Below are positions 1 through 7,443 of a stretch of DNA of 64,000 nucleotides, piece after piece; position 1 is the stretch's first letter, and the number at the start of each line of letters is the position of its first letter. The stretch comes from a virus (lineage: Duplodnaviria; Caudoviricetes). The notes under the pieces were generated by a model that worked only from the letters and a program-made list of their open reading frames with translations, did no database searches and had not been told where the DNA came from. The DNA lies in IMG/VR virus record IMGVR_UViG_3300013105_000005, positions 12,376 to 76,375 of that record. One strand, 5' to 3'. The position numbers and the translations under genes were made by a program.

Positions 1-142
1 CGCACCACGCGACATGCAGTTGGAGCACACCGATTATTCTTTTGACCATCTCTGTCCGCCAATACACCAACCACACCGTTGGCATCAATCTGATTTAGCG
101 CTCAATCGGCAAATAGAGGAGTCGGCCGCGGAAGGAGGTTGA

Positions 143-952
143 TTACTCTTCCAAATTGATGCCCACCGCCTCAGCCAGCATGCAGGCTGCTCGATATGCC
201 TCATCGTCGCCGTCCCCGTCGTTGCAGCGTGTGACGATCGGCGGCTCGGTGCCCGGGCGCAGCACCGCATGGAGTTCGGCTGTATCGTTCACACAAAAAA
301 GCTTGACGATGTAGCCGAGCGATTCGACCTGGAGGATGATTGCCCGAGTTGTGACATCCAATGTGGGTGCTCTTTCCTTCGAAACTCTTGCCGGCTTCGG
401 TTTTGTCTTTGTTGCTGTCTTTGTCTCTTTCTTTGGCTCATGCTGAGAACGTTTCTGGCGATTCCGTCCACTGATCCGAATCGACTTTCTCACCGGCATC
501 GGAATCACTTTCATTACCGGCAAACGGCCTGGCCGGCGCCGCTGCCGCTTACGTGCGGGGCGTCCTGGCTTCGGCTGCGACCGTCCCTGCACGTCCGGCT
601 CTTCAACGGGCTTGCCGTGCTCATCGCCGTTGCCGGCCACGCTGCGAGCCGACCGCAGTTCCTCCATCACCCCCCACGTCTTGGCCCTACCGTCCTCGAA
701 CTGCATCGCGTGCTGGCCGACGCTCCGATGGATCACATAGGCGAACAACTCGCCCCGGCTGTTGGCGCTGAACCGGCGATAGAGCGTTTTAACGTAAACG
801 TGAACGGTGTGCTTGCTGATGCCGAGCTTGTACGCAATCTGCTTCTCGGAATCTCCGCGTAACAGCATCGTGAGCGTTGCAATCAGTCGCGGTGAAAGAT
901 GTACGCCGTCGGCGGCGATGCTCGCCACCTGCTCGAATGCATCCATGCCCAA
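143..952 (-). CDS. LuxR-type HTH transcriptional regulator with a basic linker and C-terminal domain (host side)
   Basis: LSPRLIATLTMLLRGDSEKQIAYKLGISKHTVHVYVKTLYRRF matches the LuxR HTH pattern; could be two fused or merged genes. Confidence 0.75.
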   Translation of the reverse strand: MGMDAFEQVASIAADGVHLSPRLIATLTMLLRGDSEKQIAYKLGISKHTVHVYVKTLYRRFSANSRGELFAYVIHRSVGQHAMQFEDGRAKTWGVMEELRSARSVAGNGDEHGKPVEEPDVQGRSQPKPGRPARKRQRRRPGRLPVMKVIPMPVRKSIRISGRNRQKRSQHEPKKETKTATKTKPKPARVSKERAPTLDVTTRAIILQVESLGYIVKLFCVNDTAELHAVLRPGTEPPIVTRCNDGDGDDEAYRAACMLAEAVGINLEE

Positions 953-1075
953 TACTCCCAGCCCCTTGCCGATATGTGGACTGCGCAGCCGCCATCCATG
1001 ACAGCTTTTTCAGCGCAGCACCCATTATCTATTACACGGCTTGCACGCCACGAGGGACATTTTTGCAAGAATTAC

Positions 1076-1231
1076 TCACGGCCGGGATTGCGGCGGCGTT
1101 TCCATCAACAGCTGATGCTCGGGCGACTCCTGGCGGTATTGCTCGTGCTGGCGCTCAAGCCGGAGCCTCAGCGTGTGGTAGCCGCTGGTGATGACCACCA
1201 TCGCCGCCAGCAGGACGATGAGACCCCACAT
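1076..1231 (-). CDS. Small single-TM protein or gene fragment (51 aa)
   Basis: Manual translation MWGLIVLLAAMVVITSGYHTLRLRLERQ...; ATG overlaps the integrase-remnant stop (TGATG). Confidence 0.35.
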   Translation of the reverse strand: MWGLIVLLAAMVVITSGYHTLRLRLERQHEQYRQESPEHQLLMETPPQSRP

Positions 1232-1524
1232 CAGCCGCGGATGCAATCGACTTCGTTGGTGACGGTGCCATCTGGCCTGCGGTAATAAGTCTCCGCGTGC
1301 TTCAGATAGGCGACCATCAGTTCAGCGACGGTCAGTTCCGACGGCGCAACCAGCGGCCGGCGATCGTTGGCCAGCCATTCGGAGATGAGCCTGTCGTACT
1401 GGGCGCGGCTGGCGCGGCTGCCGTGCGGGCCAAGGTAGTTTTCTTTGCCGTCGATGCAGACCACGGCCTGGCCCGAAGCCTTGTGCTTGCGATACGCGGG
1501 ATTTCGATGCAACAATCGAGGCAT
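1231..1524 (-). pseudogene. Truncated tyrosine integrase (N-terminal arm-binding part only)
   Basis: MPRLLHRNPAYRKHKASGQAVVCIDGKENYLGPHGS...YDRLISEWLA resembles the N-terminus of planctomycete integrases; stops after 97 aa with no catalytic domain. Confidence 0.75.
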
Positions 1525-1642
1525 GTGGCGTCACTCCGGTAGCGCAAACCCGTATGTACGGGTTTGGACTCGGAATATAGCCATCACTCAGCGCACGATG
1601 CGCAGGGTTATAAGCAGCTTAAATCAAATGACTTGAGGGAAA

Positions 1643-1687
1643 TGGGCGATACAGGGCTCGAACCTGTGACCTCAGGTGTGTGATACC
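1643..1687 (-). other. att site: 3' half of tRNA-Val(CAC) (anticodon loop, T arm, acceptor 3' strand)
   Basis: Minus strand GGTATCACACACCTGAGGTCACAGGTTCGAGCCCTGTATCGCCCA has CAC in the anticodon loop and a perfect T arm; no D arm or acceptor 5' strand upstream. Confidence 0.85.
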
Positions 1688-1828
1688 GCAATCAGATACG
1701 TTTGTCTCCATTCGAGACAATTGTATCTAGGCGGGTTTTGTTAAGCAAGAGAAAAATCTTTCGGCATGGAACCGCCTCCCAAGCCGCTGGCGAGCACGAC
1801 GCCAAAGCCTGTCGTAGCACACGCCTAA

Positions 1829-2236
1829 ATGCTTGCCACCATCACCGACTCCCTGATTGTTGCCGCCGCACCGACCATCGCTGTACTTGCGTCCGCGTTC
1901 ATCGGCAACGCGCTGGCCGAACGGCGCGCTAAAAAGCTGAAGCTGGAAGCCGAAGAACGGGCCAGGTACGCGGCGAGGGTCGCCAACGGTGTCGCCGAAG
2001 AAATGGCCAAGCAGGCGGCCCGGCGCGAAGACGCGGCCAAGCAGCGCGACGAGGCGGCGCAGAAGTCGCTACAGGTCGTACACAAGCTGGTGAACTCAAA
2101 CCTGCTGGACGTGAAGCGCCGATTGTCCGAAGCCCTGACGCTGCGGGCAAACGAGCATCCCGATAATCTGGATTTGCAGGAGGATGCGCGGCTGGCACGT
2201 CTGGATTACGAATCACATTTGAAATCGCAGGCATGA
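1829..2236 (+). CDS. N-terminal TM plus coiled-coil protein (holin/lysis-like candidate)
   Basis: Hydrophobic LIVAAAPTIAVLASAFIG followed by charged helical region. Confidence 0.45.
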   Translation: MLATITDSLIVAAAPTIAVLASAFIGNALAERRAKKLKLEAEERARYAARVANGVAEEMAKQAARREDAAKQRDEAAQKSLQVVHKLVNSNLLDVKRRLSEALTLRANEHPDNLDLQEDARLARLDYESHLKSQA

Positions 2237-2385
2237 TTACCGAAGCCCCGACACTCACCCCGCGCACTGTCACGGTTGACGAATGCCGCGCGTTGCTCGT
2301 CGAACTGGGCTGGTCGCGCCGCACGATCCACCTGCTGTTGAGCGTTCCGCCGAAGCCAAAAGCGTTTGCGGCGGGCAGTTTCTAG
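2233..2385 (+). CDS. Hypothetical protein (50 aa)
   Basis: ATGA overlap with upstream stop; MITEAPTLTPRTVTVDECRALLVELGWSRR... Confidence 0.45.
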   Translation: MITEAPTLTPRTVTVDECRALLVELGWSRRTIHLLLSVPPKPKAFAAGSF

Positions 2386-2425
2386 TTGACGGTCAAGTAA
2401 TCAAAGCAAAACCAACGAAAGGACC

Positions 2426-2707
2426 ATGATGGACCGGGATACTTATCTTCGGCAGGTGGAAAATGCAGCCATTGAAGGTGTGATCGCACGCGCGACCGCC
2501 TCTGATCGCCGCAAGTTCGTGGAGCGGGAAAACGGCAGGCGCGATGCAATGCGCAGCTTCCCGAACCATAAAGGCGGATATGCTGGATATCGCGGCGGAG
2601 CGGACAAGCCACCAGTTCCAGCATTGTCGCCTCGCGAACGGTTCCACAATCTCGTGGCGTTCATCGTGTCGAAACGGCGCAATTATCGCTTTCTCCAAAC
2701 GGCATGA
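2426..2707 (+). CDS. Hypothetical protein
   Basis: GAAAGGA RBS before ATG; coupled to the next ORF. Confidence 0.55.
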   Translation: MMDRDTYLRQVENAAIEGVIARATASDRRKFVERENGRRDAMRSFPNHKGGYAGYRGGADKPPVPALSPRERFHNLVAFIVSKRRNYRFLQTA

Positions 2708-2985
2708 TGCAAAGCTCCCACCGAAGGCGTGCGGAAATGTTCGCCCCGTCCGAAGTCCTCCATGCAATCGGCTCACTTGACGATCACGGTCAGGTTGTGA
2801 TTCGCGGCTACATAGAAGAACTCGACGGCAAACTGCGACTCGCGGCTTCCCGCGAACTCGACGCGCGGGGCAAGGTCGTGCGGCTCAAAGACGCCATCAA
2901 TCACGCAATCCAGAACACCCGAGGGCTTCCCCCGGACTGCCGGGTGCATTTGATGGACGCGGTGGAGGGGCTGACCAAGCCATGA
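2704..2985 (+). CDS. Hypothetical protein
   Basis: ATGA overlaps at both ends. Confidence 0.5.
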   Translation: MMQSSHRRRAEMFAPSEVLHAIGSLDDHGQVVIRGYIEELDGKLRLAASRELDARGKVVRLKDAINHAIQNTRGLPPDCRVHLMDAVEGLTKP

Positions 2986-3308
2986 CTATCGTCATCTACG
3001 AAATCCTGACCCAACTGATTATCTGGCTGGGGTTGATACGTAGCAGCCTATGCGAGCGCTCGTTAACGATGCAGCGGAAGCATCAGCGGACATTCTTCGC
3101 CAGCAACAACGAGATGGCGGAATGTTGTGACTGCGGACTTGTCCATGTCCACTACCCGCTTTTCGGCGAAGATGTGCGGGAAAAGCATTTCCGCATGGTG
3201 CCGCTGCGACCCAAAAGCTATCAGTACAAAGCCCGCATTGGCTGTGCACCCGCATCGGCAAGCGTTGATCTATCGGGCGTTGATGCTTGGACGGGAAACC
3301 CAAAGTAA
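2982..3308 (+). CDS. Hypothetical protein with CCDCGLVH motif
   Basis: Translational coupling; Zn-ribbon-like motif. Confidence 0.5.
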   Translation: MTIVIYEILTQLIIWLGLIRSSLCERSLTMQRKHQRTFFASNNEMAECCDCGLVHVHYPLFGEDVREKHFRMVPLRPKSYQYKARIGCAPASASVDLSGVDAWTGNPK

Positions 3309-3446
3309 ATGACCATCGGCCTCGGCATCATCGCGTTCTGCATCGCCTCCATCGGCTTCGGCGTCGGCTGGGTCTGCGGGCGCGGGATGAAGCGGGAAGC
3401 GGAATGGGAGCGGGCAGCGAGAGAAGAACTGGACGAAATGCCATGA
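3309..3446 (+). CDS. Small membrane protein (45 aa)
   Basis: MTIGLGIIAFCIASIGFGVGWVCGRGMKRE...; directly follows upstream stop. Confidence 0.6.
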   Translation: MTIGLGIIAFCIASIGFGVGWVCGRGMKREAEWERAAREELDEMP

Positions 3447-3541
3447 GACTCCGCCACCTCAGCGTCGGCGACTGGTTCCTCTTCGCGGCGCTCACGCTGC
3501 TGTGCATCGCGATGGTGTGGGGCGGAATCGCGCGACTCTAA
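3443..3541 (+). CDS. Small membrane protein (32 aa)
   Basis: MRLRHLSVGDWFLFAALTLLCIAMVWGGIARL; ATGA overlap. Confidence 0.55.
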   Translation: MRLRHLSVGDWFLFAALTLLCIAMVWGGIARL

Positions 3542-3543
3542 CC

Positions 3544-3645
3544 ATGCTCGCCCTTCTCTCCATCATCGCCATCACCGCATCGACATCGTTCGCCGTCGGC
3601 TGGATTTGCGGCGTGCATACCGAACGAAAGCACTGGCAGCGATAA
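3544..3645 (+). CDS. Small membrane protein (33 aa)
   Basis: MLALLSIIAITASTSFAVGWICGVHTERKHWQR; resembles 3309-3446. Confidence 0.55.
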   Translation: MLALLSIIAITASTSFAVGWICGVHTERKHWQR

Positions 3646-3708
3646 CCGAGCCTTCCTCCTTCGCCGCGCCAGTGCCGAGAAGCTGGCGCGGCACTTGAAA
3701 CAAAACCC

Positions 3709-4791
3709 ATGACCCTCACCGACCTGCTCAACCAGACCGTCACCGACCCCGCCGCGCGCCAGAAGCTAGCCGATGCAATCGCAAAGGCGGGGGGCAAGCT
3801 GGATTACACGCTCGGCACGGTGGTTCCCGCTGGCGCTGACCTCGCGACCTACCTTGCCGCCGCCAAGCCAGGCGACGTACTGCTTCCCGCCAATCCCACG
3901 GCGGCATACACCTGTACCGCTGGCGTCCACCCCGCCGCGGATAACGTGACGCTCGCCTTCGGCGGCAACCCCGTGACCATCCTCCCCGGCGTGCCGGGTG
4001 TCACCGTTGCCATTACCCCGATGGGCGCGAACTTTTCCTTCGGCGGCATCACCATCGCAGCCATGCCACAGAACGATTCGCTGATGCGCTGCGCAGGACT
4101 CGCGCCAAACATCCACGATGTAACGGTTAATTGCCAAGTCAACGATGTACTGATTCTGGACAAGGCGCATGGGGCAAAGGTGAGCAACCTCGTCGCGACC
4201 GTGCCGCACGGCTCGCGGCTGATTTTCAACACCGGCTCCGATGACACGACGATTCTTGATCCAGTGTCGGTTGGTTCGCTCGGTGAGGACTGCATCCGCT
4301 TCGGACCCGCCAACGACGGGCACGTTCCCAGCGGCCACCACGTTATCCGCGTCAAGAGCCTCAAGACGCTCAAGCTGCCCAACAAGCAGCCTTCGACCAT
4401 CTCCCTGCGGCGGGCAGGTGTCACTGCCAACGATTCGTTCGATATCAGCGGCGGCGAATGCGACGGCTGGATTCGCATGGGCGAGGAAGGCCACGGCGGG
4501 CCAACGGTCGCCAACGTGCTGATTCACGATATCACCCTTGGCGTGGACCCGGCTGGCATCAACGCGATAGACGCGCATGCCGGAACCTTCGCGCTGGCGC
4601 GGGTCAAGTTCCTCATCCCCGACGCGAACCGCCGCGCGGTGGGATTCGCAACCACGTCCGGCTCGAAGATGACCTCCGCAGTCGATTGCATCCTGCAATG
4701 TCCGGCGGGTTCGACGTTCACTCCGAAAAAGCTGTGCAATGCGGGTGGGGTCGAGATTCCGGGGACGAACACGCAAGTGGTTCGCGCTTAA
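3709..4791 (+). CDS. Right-handed beta-helix (pectin lyase-like) virion or tailspike protein
   Basis: AAAKPGDVLL start motif and repeating short beta-strand/turn pattern. Confidence 0.6.
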   Translation: MTLTDLLNQTVTDPAARQKLADAIAKAGGKLDYTLGTVVPAGADLATYLAAAKPGDVLLPANPTAAYTCTAGVHPAADNVTLAFGGNPVTILPGVPGVTVAITPMGANFSFGGITIAAMPQNDSLMRCAGLAPNIHDVTVNCQVNDVLILDKAHGAKVSNLVATVPHGSRLIFNTGSDDTTILDPVSVGSLGEDCIRFGPANDGHVPSGHHVIRVKSLKTLKLPNKQPSTISLRRAGVTANDSFDISGGECDGWIRMGEEGHGGPTVANVLIHDITLGVDPAGINAIDAHAGTFALARVKFLIPDANRRAVGFATTSGSKMTSAVDCILQCPAGSTFTPKKLCNAGGVEIPGTNTQVVRA

Positions 4792-5070
4792 TGCAGCGGC
4801 AGCTTCGCCGCGTGACGATCACCGTCGTCGCGGTGCCGGACGATCAGCTTCCGGCGGGTGTGCCGGTGCTCGATGAACTGGTGTTTTAACTATGCTCGAC
4901 CTCAACCAACTCGACGCTGCTGTAAGCGATCCATCCAACGTCGCCCTTTCATCGGTGGACCTGGCGACCAAACTCTCCGCGCCGATCCTGACGCCCAAAA
5001 AGACCACCGTCACCAGTACGACGCTGGGCAACGACTGGGGCGTGACGGCGGCGATAGTCCCGTGGTTGGC

Positions 5071-5346
5071 TTGAAGTTCAACCACAACCATTGCCATTTG
5101 GTCACGCAGGGGAGCCAGGCACATTTCGACCACCTGCAAGTCATGGGCGGCGCATCCGTGATCGAATGCGACAGCAACATCTTCGACTGCGATTCGCCCC
5201 AGCGCGCCATTGGCGTTGACCCCAAGGCGACGGCGACCACCCCGACCAACAACACGATGCGGATGGTTCCCACCGGCGCAGCGCGCAAGAAGCTGATGAT
5301 TAGCGGCTCAGGGGAAACTGACGGCACCGGGCTTGTCGTGGCATGA
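5071..5346 (+). pseudogene. Orphan C-terminal fragment of a beta-helix paralog
   Basis: QRAIGV...KKL...GETDGTGLVVA parallels RRAVGF...KKL...VEIPGTNTQVVRA at the end of 3709-4791; no good start. Confidence 0.4.
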
Positions 5347-5426
5347 CCGCCCTCGCCCTCCTCGCCCCGCTCATCCGTGTTGCGCCGCGACGGGAAGATT
5401 TACCGGACAAATAAGGAGTTTTGTCA

Positions 5427-6089
5427 ATGACCCCTGCCCAACTGCAAACACTCAAAGCCGATCTGGCGGCGAACGTGAATACCGTCAGCATCGGTGGCAC
5501 GCCCACCGCGATTAACGCGGTCCCGCACACAGCGGATAACGCGCAGGCGATCGCCGATTGGTACAACCTCGTCGCCGCGCCAGCCTACACGGTCTGGAAC
5601 AACTCGGTTCCCATCAAGACGATTCGCGGTCTGGTGAACCTCGCCAATTACACGCCGTCCGATGCGGTTCCCGCGTCTGGCAGCACGGTTCAAATCACCA
5701 ACGACCAGATGGTTTTCCAAAACCGGGCGTTGGCGTGTCAGCTTAAACAGGCGAATGCAATTTCGCTGATTCAGGGCGCGGACAGCGTTGATTGCTCACC
5801 GCTCCAATTCCGGCAGGATTGCAGTGATTGCATGACGGCGATTTCCAGCGGCACCGGTGGCGCGCCGCTGAATGCCGGGTGGGGAACATCGGCATCGCCC
5901 GGACCCGTGCGAACGGCCATGCAGCGAACGGCAACCAACGTCGAGAAGCTGTTTGCGGTGCAATCCACGCCAGCGCCCAATGCGGGCAACGTTGGCGCAG
6001 ACCCTCGGGGCGGAATCACCAATCCCGACACACTTGTATTTGTCGGGACCATCTCCCTGACTGACGTGCAGAACGCCTGGAACTCCTAA
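5427..6089 (+). CDS. Putative virion structural protein
   Basis: AAGGAG RBS 8 nt before ATG; A/T/G/N-rich composition. Confidence 0.65.
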   Translation: MTPAQLQTLKADLAANVNTVSIGGTPTAINAVPHTADNAQAIADWYNLVAAPAYTVWNNSVPIKTIRGLVNLANYTPSDAVPASGSTVQITNDQMVFQNRALACQLKQANAISLIQGADSVDCSPLQFRQDCSDCMTAISSGTGGAPLNAGWGTSASPGPVRTAMQRTATNVEKLFAVQSTPAPNAGNVGADPRGGITNPDTLVFVGTISLTDVQNAWNS

Positions 6090-6099
6090 GCCTTAACCC

Positions 6100-6597
6100 A
6101 TGAGCACCAGCCTTTATCAAACGCCCGGCACGCAAGCGGCGATCACGATCACGCTTGCCTCGCTGGCAACCAGCAGTTCGCTCACCGCCGGGCAGGCGTC
6201 AACCGTCGTCACGCCAAGCAACTGGGCCGATGCGCTGGTGAGTGGCGTCATCGAAACTGGTACCAGTCCGACCGGCGGCGAAATCGACGTGTACGTGTGG
6301 GCGCAGCAGGACGATACGCCGAATTACCCCGACTCGATTACCGGGACCAATGCGGCCAAGTCATTCGCCAGCGCCAACGTGCGCGATGCGGCTTTGGTGC
6401 TGGCGCGGACCATCGCCTGCGATACCACCAGCAATCAGGCATACCAAGTCAAAGCATTCTCCGTGGCCGCGCTATTCAGCGGCGTGCTTCCGAAACGCTG
6501 GGGCATCTGGGTCACACACAGCAGCGGCGTGAATCTCAACAGCACCGGCGCGAATCACGAGCTCGTCGTTCTTCCCTATACGTGGACGCAGGCCTGA
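6100..6597 (+). CDS. Putative virion structural protein (beta-sandwich)
   Basis: T/S/A-rich, beta-strand pattern, lies in the structural operon. Confidence 0.6.
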   Translation: MSTSLYQTPGTQAAITITLASLATSSSLTAGQASTVVTPSNWADALVSGVIETGTSPTGGEIDVYVWAQQDDTPNYPDSITGTNAAKSFASANVRDAALVLARTIACDTTSNQAYQVKAFSVAALFSGVLPKRWGIWVTHSSGVNLNSTGANHELVVLPYTWTQA

Positions 6598-6600
6598 TAA

Positions 6601-7443
6601 ATGCTTCAGCAGCGGCTCAATCTTGGCAGTCCGGCAAATCGCTCGCATCCGCTCAATCGCGGGTTGGTTTCGTGGTATATGTCGCTGCCCGCTCAATCGC
6701 GCGGCCTGAACGTCAGAGACCTTTTTTCGCACAACCTTGGCACGCTCACAGCATCCGCTACGTGGACAAATCGGCATCAGGCGGGCGGGTATGGCTCTTG
6801 GACATTTGGCGCATCCGGCCAGCGCATTGCGATTACCGAGAGCAATTCATCTCTACAATTTGCCGACACCCTTACCCTATCGGCTTGGGTACGACTCGAT
6901 ACAGGCACATCGTTCGCGCAGCCGTGCGGGTATTGCCAGCCGAGCGGCAGCACCGGAGGGTATGGCTTCTACATCCTGACCGGAATCAATTTCTTTTGCA
7001 GCGTCTACAACGGCTCATACTCGACTTTCTCGACATTCACCGCAGATAGCAAGTGGCATCATATCGTCGGCACCTACAACCGGCTGGCGAGCGTGCTGGA
7101 TATTTATGTCGATGGCGTTAAAGGTGTCGCTGGAATCGGCTCTTCGATCCCCGGCGCTTCGCTTAGCTATACATCCTGCATCCCCGCCATCAGCTCTCAG
7201 GGCGGCGGGTTCGCTTCGTGGCCCGGCGCTGTGGATGACGTTCGCTTCTACAATCGCTCACTTTCCGCCAGCGAAATCTGGGCACTCTACGACCAATCCC
7301 GCCGTGGCTACCCCGAGGCTTTGAACTGGATTCGCACGCCGGGGATGCTGGCGCAGGCGGCGGGAGCACCAGCTTCGACCCTGTTCCGCCGCAGTCTTTA
7401 TCGCCGCTCCGGTTCGCGGGGGGTGATGAATGCCGCAGCTTAA
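6601..7443 (+). CDS. LamG / concanavalin A-like lectin domain protein
   Basis: TLSAWVRL, WHHIVGTY, IYVDG, GAVDDVRFYNRSLSASEI motifs. Confidence 0.88.
   Translation: MLQQRLNLGSPANRSHPLNRGLVSWYMSLPAQSRGLNVRDLFSHNLGTLTASATWTNRHQAGGYGSWTFGASGQRIAITESNSSLQFADTLTLSAWVRLDTGTSFAQPCGYCQPSGSTGGYGFYILTGINFFCSVYNGSYSTFSTFTADSKWHHIVGTYNRLASVLDIYVDGVKGVAGIGSSIPGASLSYTSCIPAISSQGGGFASWPGAVDDVRFYNRSLSASEIWALYDQSRRGYPEALNWIRTPGMLAQAAGAPASTLFRRSLYRRSGSRGVMNAAA

Noticed and set aside
1597-1624. XerCD dif-like site GATGCGCAGGG-TTATAA-GCAGCTTAAAT
   Set aside because: Only about 13 of 22 arm positions match the E. coli consensus; more simply an integrase arm region
1643-1720. Functional tRNA-Val gene
   Set aside because: No D arm or acceptor 5' strand upstream; anticodon stem pairs only 3 bp
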